Part shown: positions 1 to 10,101 of the stretch, one piece after another | How the letters are laid out: every line of letters begins with the position of its first letter | Position numbering within the stretch: the first letter of the stretch is position 1 | DNA from: a virus | Taxonomy: Duplodnaviria; Caudoviricetes | Virus record (IMG/VR): IMGVR_UViG_2706795367_000001 | Location: 32,001 to 96,000 of that record | Reading direction: 5' to 3' (one strand) | Length of the DNA stretch: 64,000 nucleotides | The notes under the pieces: generated by a model | Databases searched by the model: none | What the model was told of the DNA's origin: nothing | Seen by the model: the letters and a program-made list of their open reading frames with translations, nothing else | Position numbers and translations under genes: made by a program

Positions 1-1
1 T

Positions 2-904
2 GTGGATGCGAAACCACTTCCGGCTGTGGTGAAGGTGGCGGGTGGTCAGCCTGCCCTGGTGGTGGATGTGGCGAACAAGGTCATCACCCCGACGAAAGCG
101 TCGTTGTCGATTTCTGGTGGCCGCCCTGGTGGGGAAGCGCTCTTCCCTGCGGGTGCCGCACTTTCGGTCACCGGTGGTACACCAACCGTTGAGGTGAAGG
201 CCGCGTTCGAACCGTTCACCGAAGAAAACGTCAACCGCACTAACACCCCGGTGCCATCAGGTGCGACAGGTGCGTGGGTGACGCTCGGCGGTGCTGGCGG
301 CGGTGGCGGTTCTGGCCGCCGCTCGAATTCGGGGTACCGCTACGGCGGAGGCGGCGGTGGCGGCGGTGCCTACGTCGATCGGGTGTTCGTTCCAGTCGAG
401 CTGATGGGTGACACATACACCGTGACACGTGGCCTCGGGGGGAACGGCGGCTCGAAGTCGTATTCGGGCGACGGCAGCAGCGGATCGAACGGTGGGGATT
501 CCTCGTTCATCTCCGGTGACGTGAGTTTGATCGCCGGTGGAGGTAAGGCTGGCGCACGGGGCACCAACAGCAGCGGCAGCGGCGACGGCGGTTCCGGCGG
601 CACGGCTTCAGTTTCCGGTGCGTCGGCCTCCACATACAACGGCGGCAACGGCGGCAATGGCGGCAGCAGCCCCACCAATGGGCAGAGCCGCTCAAACGGT
701 GCAGGCGCGGGCGGTGGCGGGGCCGGCGGCATGCTCTCCAACGACAACACCTTTAACTCGGCGAGTGCTGGCTCTAGTAGCGGCCCAGCCGGGAACGGCG
801 GCAACGGATCTCGTGGCGGTAGCGGCACGGGAACGAATGCCGGCAGTGGCGGTGATGGCTACAACAAGATCGAGTGGTCGAATCTTCCTGATGGGGGTGC
901 ATGA
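2..904 (+). CDS. Glycine-rich minor tail protein (5' truncated by window)
   Basis: Long Gly/Ser-rich GGGGGG repeats typical of mycobacteriophage minor tail proteins; lies upstream of the lysis genes. Confidence 0.8.
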   Translation: MDAKPLPAVVKVAGGQPALVVDVANKVITPTKASLSISGGRPGGEALFPAGAALSVTGGTPTVEVKAAFEPFTEENVNRTNTPVPSGATGAWVTLGGAGGGGGSGRRSNSGYRYGGGGGGGGAYVDRVFVPVELMGDTYTVTRGLGGNGGSKSYSGDGSSGSNGGDSSFISGDVSLIAGGGKAGARGTNSSGSGDGGSGGTASVSGASASTYNGGNGGNGGSSPTNGQSRSNGAGAGGGGAGGMLSNDNTFNSASAGSSSGPAGNGGNGSRGGSGTGTNAGSGGDGYNKIEWSNLPDGGA

Positions 905-1851
905 TGCCCGGTTGGATCGTGGAAACCATCACCACCCCCACACCCGCTGCGGTGGGGGTGACTGGTGGAACCCCCACCGTTATCGCCACCCAGAACGCTG
1001 TCATCACACCAGAACCCGCGGAGCTGGTCATCACTGGTGGGCGGCCGTTGTCCGGGCCGGTCGCTGTACCTTCGGGCGCGGCACTCACGATCACCGGCGG
1101 CACGCCTGTGGTGTCCCAAGCGCGCCTCCTCACTCCCGGTGCGCTCAACCTCACCATCACCGGTGGTCAACCGTCCGTGGTGAAAAACACCATCATCACA
1201 CCCACCAAAGCATCACTGACGGTCACCGGTGGCACACCCACCGTCACCAACCAATCACCCGTCGCATACAACTCGATCGGCACCGGCTCAACAGGGTTCG
1301 GCTCCGCAGCCAACTTCAACTTCACCGCACCCACCGGCGCCGATGTGTTCGTCATCATCAACTGGGACCGCAGCGCACCCCCCACAGGAGCCCCCACCTA
1401 CGGCGGCGCCGCCATGACACTGGTCACCACAATCAACCACAACAACCTTGCCGGGTATGGCGGCGTATCCATCTACCGCATCGCCGCAGCAGGAAACGGC
1501 ACCGCCAAAGTAGTCACATCCCCCTCCACCGGCGGATCGTGGCAAGTCACCAACGCCATCGCATTCACCGGGGTATCCGCAGTGGGAACAGTAACCACCG
1601 CCACAGGTCTCAGCGCATCACCCTCACAGTCAGTGACCCTGCCCAGTGGTGTCGGGCTGCACGTGTTCTCCGCCGGTAACGGCGGCGGATCGATGGCCGG
1701 ATTCAGCTCCTACTCCGGAGCCACCAACAGGTACAACACATTCAACGCCGGTAGCGCACTGGCCATTAACACCGTCGCCGCGTCGGGAACCGTTTCGGCA
1801 ACGATCGGAATCAGCTCCGGATGGGCCGGCGTTTTCGTCCCACTGTCCTAA
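901..1851 (+). CDS. Minor tail protein
   Basis: Repeated (L/V)xITGGxPxV motifs, Thr/Gly-rich; tail region. Confidence 0.75.
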   Translation: MMPGWIVETITTPTPAAVGVTGGTPTVIATQNAVITPEPAELVITGGRPLSGPVAVPSGAALTITGGTPVVSQARLLTPGALNLTITGGQPSVVKNTIITPTKASLTVTGGTPTVTNQSPVAYNSIGTGSTGFGSAANFNFTAPTGADVFVIINWDRSAPPTGAPTYGGAAMTLVTTINHNNLAGYGGVSIYRIAAAGNGTAKVVTSPSTGGSWQVTNAIAFTGVSAVGTVTTATGLSASPSQSVTLPSGVGLHVFSAGNGGGSMAGFSSYSGATNRYNTFNAGSALAINTVAASGTVSATIGISSGWAGVFVPLS

Positions 1852-1918
1852 CTCAAACCAACCCCCCCCAAAGCCCACCAGAAATCCTGGTGGGCTTTGT
1901 CATTGAAAGGAAACCCTC

Positions 1919-2350
1919 ATGGCCGCAGGCACCTGGACACTCCCCGCAGCAGCCCGCAAGATGCTGCTCGACGGCACGTTCGACCTCGACTCCGACACCT
2001 TCAAAGTCGCACTTGTCACCAGCTCATCCAACATCGGGTCCTCCAGCACCACGTGGTCTGGTGTGACCGGTGAAGTGGCGAACGGCAACGGTTACACCAC
2101 TGGTGGCGTGTCGGTCACCCTGACCCTGACGGGAACCACGTCTGTGGCGGTGTCGTTCGCCACCAACCCGGTGTGGACCGCATCCGGGTCCGGCATCACC
2201 GCCCGCACCGCGGTTTTGTACGAAACATCCGGAAACGTCCTCGCGTACGTGCTGCTCGACAGCACCCCCGCCGATGTGAGCGTGTCCTCCGGGAATACCC
2301 TGACGATCGATTCGGACGGGACACCTTCGCCGATTTTCACCCTGGCGTAG
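1919..2350 (+). CDS. Virion structural/minor tail protein
   Basis: DLDSDTFKVAL...EVANGNGYTTGG motif of a common phage tail-associated family; GAAAGGAAA RBS. Confidence 0.7.
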   Translation: MAAGTWTLPAAARKMLLDGTFDLDSDTFKVALVTSSSNIGSSSTTWSGVTGEVANGNGYTTGGVSVTLTLTGTTSVAVSFATNPVWTASGSGITARTAVLYETSGNVLAYVLLDSTPADVSVSSGNTLTIDSDGTPSPIFTLA

Positions 2351-2359
2351 TAACCACGA

Positions 2360-2557
2360 TTATCGGTGGGGGTCGCCTGCGGCGCGTAGCTGGTAGACGC
2401 GTTGCTTGGAGATCTTGAGGGCGCGGCCGATGTCCTGCCACGAGACGTCGTGGACAGTCATCGCCTCGTAGATGAGGGAGGCCAGTTCGGCGTCGAGTTC
2501 AGCGGTGGTCGCTGCGCGTTTTTGCCGGTTGGCGATCATGCGGTCGATGATTGTCAC
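2360..2557 (-). CDS. Small HTH DNA-binding protein
   Basis: SWQDIGRALKISKQRVYQL helix-turn-helix; GTG start with AGGAG-containing upstream region. Confidence 0.7.
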   Translation of the reverse strand: MTIIDRMIANRQKRAATTAELDAELASLIYEAMTVHDVSWQDIGRALKISKQRVYQLRAAGDPHR

Positions 2558-2703
2558 GTTAGGAGTGTATCTCAAAGAAACACTTGTGCACGTGGTCAAA
2601 CGTGATTAGACTCGCGTCTATCAACTTGAGACACCGCCCGGCGGGGCGAAGGCCTGAGAAACCAACCCCGCCGGACGGTCCACCCCCAACAGGAGGCCCA
2701 CCA

Positions 2704-3000
2704 ATGCTACGCAACACCATCGCAACCATCACAGCCGCCCTCACCCTCGCACTCCTCACCCCCGCAGTCGCAGACGCCGCACCCAAGCACTGCGACAACC
2801 ACGGCACCGGACACGGCAAAATCTACAAGCACGCCTGCGCCACCGGACCCGGCGGAGCAAGCGCCGACTGGACCTACGCCAAAAACCCCGACGGCACCGT
2901 GAAAACAGTCGTAAAAGACGGCAAAGAGCACAAGGTCTACAAGTGCACCCGCCACTGCGGCGGCGGACGCCACAACACCGAAACCACAGACCCCTGGTGA
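2704..3000 (+). CDS. Secreted hypothetical protein
   Basis: Signal peptide MLRNTIATITAALTLALLTPAVADA; AGGAGG RBS. Confidence 0.75.
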   Translation: MLRNTIATITAALTLALLTPAVADAAPKHCDNHGTGHGKIYKHACATGPGGASADWTYAKNPDGTVKTVVKDGKEHKVYKCTRHCGGGRHNTETTDPW

Positions 3001-3011
3001 TCGTCAGAAAG

Positions 3012-3044
3012 AACGGGCTACCATTTTCGTGGTAGCCCGTTTGT
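3012..3044. terminator. Intrinsic terminator-like hairpin
   Basis: AACGGGCTACCA-loop-TGGTAGCCCGTT 12-bp stem. Confidence 0.65.
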
Positions 3045-3059
3045 CATGAAAAGCGGAAG

Positions 3060-3221
3060 ATGAATCGCTACACCATCCTCGGTATCGAAAAACCTTTCCC
3101 TTGGGTCGGCCTCGGCCTGCTCGGCGGCGGCCTGGTGCTGACCGGTCTGCTCTCGTGGGTGTTTGCCACCGGGAGCGTGGCGCTCGTCGAGAAGATCATC
3201 GACGACCTACCCGACTTCTGA
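3060..3221 (+). CDS. Small membrane protein (53 aa)
   Basis: Read by hand: MNRYTILGIEKPFPWVGLGLLGGGLVLTGLLSWVF...; one TM segment. Confidence 0.6.
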   Translation: MNRYTILGIEKPFPWVGLGLLGGGLVLTGLLSWVFATGSVALVEKIIDDLPDF

Positions 3222-3315
3222 CGGGCCGGCCCCTGTTCTACCTCTAAACAACACCCCCAGAAAACCCCGCCACCACCAAGGTGCGCGGGGCTTTTCCATG
3301 CCCGAAAGGGGGCGC

Positions 3316-3816
3316 ATGCCTCTTTATCGCACGCTCGGCCCGCTTACATACATCGACGACGGTCGAGTAAGGCACATCACCCGGGCGGGCGTCATCATCG
3401 ATATCAGTCGAGAAACGGCCGATGGGTTACCCGGACTTGTCGCATACGTCGACAGTGAGGTTACCAGCTTCCCTCGCATCGAAATGCTTAGCTACGAGGA
3501 TTGCAGCGACTTCCCGGCGCACGGCAGCGATGGATACATTTACGCAGACCGAAGCGGTAATGCAATCTACCAATGGGTGGATGAGGGATATGTCGCCATC
3601 ACCGGAACCGCATCGTGGAGCACCTTATCGGGAAAGCCTTCAGAGTTTCCGCCATCCGATCATTCCCACGATAGCGCCAGCGCTGTACATGCCGTGATCG
3701 TCTCCACCGGTTCAGAGGCCCGCCCCTCCACCGATGGCACCGTCCTGTGGCTCGGCGGCTCTAGCGAGCCCACGAACTACGACGACACCAAAGACATCTG
3801 GTTCGGGACGGACTAA
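3316..3816 (+). CDS. Putative minor tail/structural protein
   Basis: GAAAGGGG RBS; WSTLSGKPSEFPPSDHSH is a tail-fibre-type motif. Confidence 0.6.
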   Translation: MPLYRTLGPLTYIDDGRVRHITRAGVIIDISRETADGLPGLVAYVDSEVTSFPRIEMLSYEDCSDFPAHGSDGYIYADRSGNAIYQWVDEGYVAITGTASWSTLSGKPSEFPPSDHSHDSASAVHAVIVSTGSEARPSTDGTVLWLGGSSEPTNYDDTKDIWFGTD

Positions 3817-4485
3817 GTGCGAGTACTCGGACAAGAAATCACCAAGGTCCGGGTCGCGGGGGTTGACGCCATCCGCGTCCGGGTCCGTGGCCAGGACGAG
3901 TGGACGGCCGAGTCACCCGCTCCGGTCCCCGACCCAATCAGCTACTTCGACTGGCACGAGGGCAGCGGTGAGACGACGGCGTCGATCGTGTCGTCGCACG
4001 CATTGACCGCCGCCAACCCCCCAACGGCGTGGAACGGACAGTCGGCCAATGGAACGTTCAGCGGGGACATCGGCGACACCCCCACTTCCACGTGGACCCT
4101 TGCCGTGGAATTCACCCTCAACACAGGGTCGAGCTGGCGCAATCTGCTACACACCTCCGACGCCGGTTCTGCCGACGAGATTTGGTTGCAGTTGAATGGC
4201 TCGACACTGAACATCTGGACCTCGGTCGGCTCCTCCACGGGGTTCGACCCGGCACTTCCCACGGTCGCGTCGGACGTCAGAACAATGCTCACCGTCACCT
4301 CCGACGGAACCACGCAGCGGGTGTACCTGGACGGCGAACCAGTTTCCTCGCGCACCCAGACAACCATCCTCGAGCCGACCTCCGCCGTTATTCGGGACAG
4401 CTCCGAAGACCTCAATGGCTATGTGCACACCGTCCGCTTCTGGGACGTCGCATTGAGTGACGCCGAGGTCGTGGCGCTCATCTAA
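3817..4485 (+). CDS. LamG/concanavalin-A-like domain minor tail protein
   Basis: LTVTSDGTTQRVYLDG...LNGYVHTVRFWDVALSDAEV LamG signature. Confidence 0.75.
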   Translation: MRVLGQEITKVRVAGVDAIRVRVRGQDEWTAESPAPVPDPISYFDWHEGSGETTASIVSSHALTAANPPTAWNGQSANGTFSGDIGDTPTSTWTLAVEFTLNTGSSWRNLLHTSDAGSADEIWLQLNGSTLNIWTSVGSSTGFDPALPTVASDVRTMLTVTSDGTTQRVYLDGEPVSSRTQTTILEPTSAVIRDSSEDLNGYVHTVRFWDVALSDAEVVALI

Positions 4486-4515
4486 AGCGCCACCCTATTC
4501 CCCCAAAGGGGCATT

Positions 4516-4842
4516 ATGAAGAAGTTTCTCATCTCCCTCGTCGTCGGGGTTCTTGCCGAGGCGGTCAAGAATCCCGAGGTCCGGGAATTCGTTTCCGACC
4601 TCGTCATGAAGTTGGCGGACAAGCTCAAGGACGATCTGGTTCCGGCCTTAATCGGCCTGTTCCCGACTTTTGGCGGCGCCATCATCGAGACCGTCCTCGA
4701 CAAGCTGCCGGGCGTCCACAACCTGGATGTCGAGATTCTCAATTCCGACGTCGCCAAGAAAATCATCGAATCTGACCCGGACCTTCCTTTCGTGTCGGGA
4801 TTCATTGACCTCACCGAAATTCTCAGGGGATTCATCAAATAA
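4516..4842 (+). CDS. Hypothetical protein (possibly membrane-associated)
   Basis: ORF with RBS and hydrophobic N-terminus. Confidence 0.65.
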   Translation: MKKFLISLVVGVLAEAVKNPEVREFVSDLVMKLADKLKDDLVPALIGLFPTFGGAIIETVLDKLPGVHNLDVEILNSDVAKKIIESDPDLPFVSGFIDLTEILRGFIK

Positions 4843-4945
4843 TGGCAGTCGCCCTACCCATGATACGATAGTGGCGCGGCGGGACGTGTTGGACCACGCC
4901 CCGCCGCTAACCCACTCACTTGATTGCGGCAAGGAGGGGCTAGCA

Positions 4946-5434
4946 GTGGATGCTACCTCAACCAACCCTGATGCATTTCGGATCTTCAGGGGCAAGCGGC
5001 TTGTGCCCGCGTCCGACGGTTGCCTAATCTATCCTGTCAAGCCGGGGGCCCGCGGATACGCCCTGGTAAATACTGGCGGCAGGGGCGACAATAAGGCGTA
5101 TCTCGCCCACCGCATTGCGTACGAGCTTGCGTACGGGCCCATCCCCGAGGGGATGACCGTAGACCACCTGTGTCACACGCGACTGTGCGTCAACCCGGAC
5201 CACCTTCGGGTCATCACCCCTGCACAGAATCAGCAGAATCGCAAAGGGGCAAATGCCAACTCCCAAACGGGATATCGCGGAGTGTCGAGGAGGGGCAATA
5301 AGTTCTACGCACGGGTTTGGGCCGCCGGGGCCGAGCACTGGCGCGGAGGCTTCGACACGGCGGAGGAAGCCGCTGAAGCAGCATCAGAAATGCGTCGCGC
5401 ATTGATGCCATTCAGCGAAAAGGACAAACACTAG
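4946..5434 (+). CDS. HNH endonuclease with C-terminal AP2-like domain
   Basis: AHRIAYEL, VDHLCHTRLCVNPDHL, N..N, GYRGVSR; AAGGAGG RBS before GTG. Confidence 0.85.
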   Translation: MDATSTNPDAFRIFRGKRLVPASDGCLIYPVKPGARGYALVNTGGRGDNKAYLAHRIAYELAYGPIPEGMTVDHLCHTRLCVNPDHLRVITPAQNQQNRKGANANSQTGYRGVSRRGNKFYARVWAAGAEHWRGGFDTAEEAAEAASEMRRALMPFSEKDKH

Positions 5435-5508
5435 GCTTAACGGCCCCACCTAAAACGGCTCGTCGACATCGGCGGGCCGTTTTTGTATGCACAAAATGGG
5501 GGAATTCA

Positions 5509-6897
5509 ATGGCAAACCGAGTCGTTTACGGCAACTCGTTCTCCTCAAACGGGTGGCCGATGGTCGACCAAGGTTCATGCACCTGGGTAAAAATCCCCGG
5601 AACGTCGGTGACCCTACAGATCCAGAATGGCCAGCCGCTGGCGATCCTGCGCGCATTCGCCGCAGATTTCCACGCTTACGTTGAGCCGCTGCGCGATGCG
5701 GACTCGGCCTGCTGGACGCCGACCAACTCCGTGTCGACCTCGAACCACCTGTCGGGCACTGCGATGGACCTGAACTGGAATTCGCACCCGTTCCAGGTGC
5801 CAGACGCGGGCTTCGACGCCGCCAAGAAGGCGCGCGTTAAAGAGCTCCTCGACTTCTACGAGGGCACGGTGTTCTGGGGCAACGACTGGACGTCGCCTAA
5901 AGATGCCATGCACTTCCAGCTCGCCAGCCTGCGCAATGGCGGGAATATCAACACCTACGGAAATCCGTTTGTTGATGACTTCATCGCCAGGAAGATCCGG
6001 CCGGACGGTTTCTCAACTTTCCGCCGAGGCGCTGCGCCCGCGCAACCGGCGGCAGCCTCCGTCCTGGCGGCGGCGACCGGCCTGACCGAGTCCCGCGCAA
6101 CCGAAGTGCTACCCGCGGTGCGTGACGGCCTCATTCAATCCGGCTGCACGACAGTGAAGCGCATCGCAATGTGGCTGGCACAGGTCGGCCACGAGTCGGC
6201 GAGCTTCTTCTATACCGAGGAGATCGCCAAGAATGGCCGGTACGCACCGTACATCGGTCGGACATGGATTCAGATCACCTGGGATTACAACTATCGGGCG
6301 TTCTCGCAGTGGTGCCACGCCCGCGGGCTGGTGCCGACGGCGGACTACTTCGTCGTGAACTATCGCGAGCTCGCCGATCTACGCTGGGCAGGCCTCGGTG
6401 CCGCCTGGTACTGGACCGAGCAGCGCCCCCTGAACGCGCTCGTGGACGCCGGCGACAACGCCACGTGGAAGGCCGGAAACGTCACCTACCGCGGCTTCGA
6501 GGCCGTAACTGCGGCCATCAATGGCGGCACCCATGGCCTCGCCGACCGCAAGGCGCGGCACGCCCGCGCCATCGCGCTGGGGGACCAGCTTCTTTCACTC
6601 ATCTCCGAAGGAGGGGACGACTTGACTCCTGAACAGGACAAGATGCTGCGTGAGGTCCACGCATGCCTCTTCAATCCCATCCCGTCGCAGTCCAAATACA
6701 AGGCCGATGGGGAGGGTGCCCGCTGGCGCCTGCATGAACTCATCAAGAACGACGACGCGCTTCTTCACGAAACCGTGGTGGAGCGTCAGGCCATGATGGG
6801 CAACCCGGAAGCCCTCGCCCTCGTTAAACGCGAGGCCGACAAGGGGGACAAATGGGCCCAAGTGGTATTTCGGTACTGCACTGAAGAAGACGCCTGA
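5509..6897 (+). CDS. lysA: Lysin A (M15-type peptidase + GH19 glycoside hydrolase)
   Basis: SNHLSGTAMD..DAMHFQ peptidase motifs; HES, YIGRTWIQIT, INGG GH19 motifs. Confidence 0.92.
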   Translation: MANRVVYGNSFSSNGWPMVDQGSCTWVKIPGTSVTLQIQNGQPLAILRAFAADFHAYVEPLRDADSACWTPTNSVSTSNHLSGTAMDLNWNSHPFQVPDAGFDAAKKARVKELLDFYEGTVFWGNDWTSPKDAMHFQLASLRNGGNINTYGNPFVDDFIARKIRPDGFSTFRRGAAPAQPAAASVLAAATGLTESRATEVLPAVRDGLIQSGCTTVKRIAMWLAQVGHESASFFYTEEIAKNGRYAPYIGRTWIQITWDYNYRAFSQWCHARGLVPTADYFVVNYRELADLRWAGLGAAWYWTEQRPLNALVDAGDNATWKAGNVTYRGFEAVTAAINGGTHGLADRKARHARAIALGDQLLSLISEGGDDLTPEQDKMLREVHACLFNPIPSQSKYKADGEGARWRLHELIKNDDALLHETVVERQAMMGNPEALALVKREADKGDKWAQVVFRYCTEEDA

Positions 6898-7901
6898 TGC
6901 CGCTCCGTCTCGGCGACCGTAACGAAAGCGTTCGCCAATGGCGGATCAAGATGAACGCCTGGTTCGGGCCGCTCTACACCCGCCTGCATGGACCGCTACC
7001 CATGGATACCGACGAGTTCGGACCGCGGGCTAAGTCCTGGCAGGAGGAGTACGAGCGGCGCACCAACCAGCCCGTGGACGGCGAGGTTAGCGACAATGAC
7101 CTGCGGGCGCTGAACGTCCCCGTTCCGACGAAGGTTGTCATCTTCACGGTGGCGGGCACCGGCGCCCGCTGGGATCAGACCTACCCGTACGACCTGGGCC
7201 GCTGGCAGGACCAGAACCGGGTCATCCTGCAGCCGATCGGCTACCCGGCCGCGACATTCCCCATGGGTCCGTCGGTGGACAAGGGTGAAGCCGAACTGGT
7301 CAACCAGATGCGGCGCCACCTCGACGCGAACCCGTCGCTCAATTTCATCCTCGTCGGCTATTCGCAGGGCGCCATTGTGACGTCCCGCGTGCTGCGCAGG
7401 ATGATGAGCGGCGACCTGGCGCACTACTACAACCGCTGCATTGCCGGCGTGACTTTCGGCAATCCGATGCGCGAGCGTGGGCACTTTGTCGGCGTCAACG
7501 ACCCGGGCGGCCAGGGCCTAGATCCGAAGCCGCTCGTCGACACCCCATCTTGGTGGTACGACTATGCGGCGAGAGGCGACATATACAGTAGCGGCCCAGG
7601 CAATAACGACCGCCAAGCCGCAGAGCATATGACGTCCATCTACTTGGCCGTCATGGGTAAGTTCATCCTTGGGAACGACGCGCTCGTCTCGCAGGTTATC
7701 GAGCTGTTCACGAATCCGTTCGCCGAGGTCCCGGCCGTTGTCAAGGCGATCGCATCTGGCATCGGCTTCGTCACTAGCAATCCGCCCACTGCCGCCCACA
7801 TAGAATATCACATTCGCGAGTGTGTCCCCGGCGTTACCTACTTCGATCATGCAATGGGCTATGTCCGCCAAGTTATCTCGGCGAACAAGCGCATCGCCTA
7901 A
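6897..7901 (+). CDS. lysB: Lysin B (cutinase-like mycolylarabinogalactan esterase)
   Basis: GYSQG nucleophile elbow, FGNP, follows lysA. Confidence 0.92.
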   Translation: MPLRLGDRNESVRQWRIKMNAWFGPLYTRLHGPLPMDTDEFGPRAKSWQEEYERRTNQPVDGEVSDNDLRALNVPVPTKVVIFTVAGTGARWDQTYPYDLGRWQDQNRVILQPIGYPAATFPMGPSVDKGEAELVNQMRRHLDANPSLNFILVGYSQGAIVTSRVLRRMMSGDLAHYYNRCIAGVTFGNPMRERGHFVGVNDPGGQGLDPKPLVDTPSWWYDYAARGDIYSSGPGNNDRQAAEHMTSIYLAVMGKFILGNDALVSQVIELFTNPFAEVPAVVKAIASGIGFVTSNPPTAAHIEYHIRECVPGVTYFDHAMGYVRQVISANKRIA

Positions 7902-7913
7902 AAGGGGGATCAA

Positions 7914-8234
7914 TTGAATCTCGGAAAATACTGGAAAGCCGCGATGGCCTTCCTGTCCCTGGTGGTCACCAACCTGGCCTACCGGGTGACTAGTGGCGAA
8001 GAGCCGCTGCCCGCCTTCGACGATTACAAGGGCTGGATACTGTTCGCGGCCACCACCGCGGCGGGCACCTTCCTTACGTGGGCCAAGGGCAACAAGGGCT
8101 TCGTGGAGGCCGACAAGGTAGAGGCTCCAACTATCAACTCGGAGTTGATAGTTGACGAGTCTGGGGCTGACACCGAGCCGATCCCGGTCGCTGAACAGGC
8201 TGAGAAGCCCAAGCGTCGGAGACCTGTGATCTAG
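7914..8234 (+). CDS. Holin
   Basis: Two TM helices, charged C-terminus, directly after the lysins. Confidence 0.75.
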   Translation: MNLGKYWKAAMAFLSLVVTNLAYRVTSGEEPLPAFDDYKGWILFAATTAAGTFLTWAKGNKGFVEADKVEAPTINSELIVDESGADTEPIPVAEQAEKPKRRRPVI

Positions 8235-8620
8235 TGGACGCCCCGGCATACGAGCCCACCGGGTGGTTCGGAATGCTGCCGTGGCTGTTGTACGCCGTGC
8301 CCTTCCTCGTTCCCACGCTATTCATCGCATGGGGGCAGTGGAAGGCGCGGCGCCACAACGCTAAGCAGGCCGCCACCACCGACGAGCTCAAGCAAACCAT
8401 CGGAGCTATCCGCAACAACGTCCAGAACGGTCACAAGACCCTGATGCGCGACGACCTCGACGAACTCGTGGCCGGCATCAAAGAGTTGCGGGCCGGGCAA
8501 GAGACGCAAGGCGAAATGCTCAACCGCATGGATAGACGCCTCGACCGTATCGCCGAGGACCTGTCCACAGAACGCCAGGAACGTATCGCTGGCGATAGGA
8601 GATCAGAAAACTGCAAGTAA
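8234..8620 (+). CDS. Lysis-cassette membrane protein (DUF2746-like)
   Basis: N-terminal TM, NGHKTLMRDDLD motif, coiled coil, ERQERIAGD. Confidence 0.7.
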   Translation: MDAPAYEPTGWFGMLPWLLYAVPFLVPTLFIAWGQWKARRHNAKQAATTDELKQTIGAIRNNVQNGHKTLMRDDLDELVAGIKELRAGQETQGEMLNRMDRRLDRIAEDLSTERQERIAGDRRSENCK

Positions 8621-8622
8621 CG

Positions 8623-8862
8623 GTGTATTCCCCGCCGACCCCCTGTGTCATGTGCAGGACCACCAAGGCCCGCCTGGACAAGTTCGGAATACCTTACGAG
8701 TCCGTGGTGACCGACGAGGAAACCGCCAATCGATTTCGGAATGAAGGCCGATCCTCATACCCCGTGGTTGTCGTTGAACGCGACGGCCAGGAACCGTGGG
8801 TGTGGTCGGGCTTCCGCGACACCGAGATCAAGAAGCTTGCCGACGAGCTGGCAAGTAAATAA
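8623..8862 (+). CDS. nrdH: NrdH-like glutaredoxin
   Basis: CVMC active site, YPVVVV, WSGFR. Confidence 0.85.
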   Translation: MYSPPTPCVMCRTTKARLDKFGIPYESVVTDEETANRFRNEGRSSYPVVVVERDGQEPWVWSGFRDTEIKKLADELASK

Positions 8863-8937
8863 ACAGCTCCCCATAGACGAGGCCCGCGCTCCCCAGGACG
8901 TTCCCCCCTGGGTTGAGCGCGGGCCTCTTTGCCTTTT

Positions 8938-8979
8938 GACGCCCCGCTAGCTTCGGCTAGCGGGGCGTCTTTTTGTTTT
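8938..8979. terminator. Terminator between convergent operons
   Basis: GACGCCCCGCTAGC-TTCG-GCTAGCGGGGCGTC followed by T-tract; a second hairpin at 8879-8927. Confidence 0.85.
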
Positions 8980-9193
8980 CGCCCAGGACCTCGGCCGCAT
9001 TCGCGCGAGCGAGATGGTTCTCCGTCTCGTTGCCGGTAAGGGTTTCTTCGGCCCATTCGTGGAGGGCTTCCCGCAGCTTGGCCTCCATCTCTTCCCTGTA
9101 GCGGACGTTCTCGGCGCGGTCGGGTTGCCCGATGCTGATGGCGGCAATGCGGCGGGCGTGCTCAACCTCCGCTTTCAGCTCTTCAATGTTCAT
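8957..9193 (-). CDS. Hypothetical protein
   Basis: ORF with GGAG RBS; last gene of the leftward operon. Confidence 0.6.
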   Translation of the reverse strand: MNIEELKAEVEHARRIAAISIGQPDRAENVRYREEMEAKLREALHEWAEETLTGNETENHLARANAAEVLGENKKTPR

Positions 9194-9251
9194 GAGTTAC
9201 TCCGGTTTAGTGTGTGGCTTCATAAAGAAGGAATGAAGGCCAGATCCCAAC

Positions 9252-9509
9252 TTATTTCCCTCCCGTGGCGCTCGGGCTGGGCCAGTTGACAAACTGCTCA
9301 AGGAGATCGTAATGACTGGCGGTCACCACTTCACCCTGCTTGCCGAGGTAGATGATCCCCGTCCAGCGCGCCTTCCGGTCCTCGCCGTAGTCAACCGTCA
9401 CGGGGAGGAAGTCCTCGCCGCTCTGGCGAAGATAGTCGTTCGCCTCTGCGCGGTCTTCCGTGGTAAACAGAACTTCGTCATAGCCCTTGCTGTAGACCGT
9501 GATGATCAC
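9252..9509 (-). CDS. Hypothetical protein
   Basis: GTGA overlap with the upstream small ORF 9506-9613. Confidence 0.55.
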   Translation of the reverse strand: MIITVYSKGYDEVLFTTEDRAEANDYLRQSGEDFLPVTVDYGEDRKARWTGIIYLGKQGEVVTASHYDLLEQFVNWPSPSATGGK

Positions 9510-9609
9510 GCCTGCGACTCCCCGTTTGCATTCAGCCAGCCGTAGCATCCGTTGCAGATTGCTACGGTGGTGTCGCCGCAGTGGCTACAGAAGGGCCCGT
9601 ACTCGTAGG

Positions 9610-10032
9610 TCATTCGACCACCTGGAGCACCCGGGCGGACAGCTGGCCGGTGGGGCTGCTGCAGTAGTCCCAATCGAGACCGTCCTGCCGCCACTTATCG
9701 CCCCGAATGTCGAACGAGGCAACCGTGCCGTCGTCGCAACCCACAACCTCGAACACGACCGTGAACGTGGCAGTCTCGGGGAGCGTGGGCCCGTTGTATC
9801 GGGGGTCGATCTTGAATCGGACGTTGCATCCGGCCGAACCGTAGCACTGCCGCTCGATCACATTTACCCCGATGTAGAAGTCTTCGGGGTCCGGGGGAAT
9901 GATCTCTTCCTCGACAACGGCCGCGGGAGTGGTGGTCACCGGGGAGCCCGCGGCGATCGGCTTACCGTCGACCGGGACGCACGCCACGCCGAAGAGCGCG
10001 GTCGTTGCGATTACTGTTGCGATGCGTAGCAT
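9610..10032 (-). CDS. Lipoprotein
   Basis: Signal peptide with lipobox-like GVAC; QCYGSAGCNV motif. Confidence 0.75.
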   Translation of the reverse strand: MLRIATVIATTALFGVACVPVDGKPIAAGSPVTTTPAAVVEEEIIPPDPEDFYIGVNVIERQCYGSAGCNVRFKIDPRYNGPTLPETATFTVVFEVVGCDDGTVASFDIRGDKWRQDGLDWDYCSSPTGQLSARVLQVVE

Positions 10033-10101
10033 GGTGCTTGCCTTTCATTGGGGCGTGGGCGGGTCATTCTTGACGGGGCGGCCCGCCCACTTAAAAGTTT
10101 C

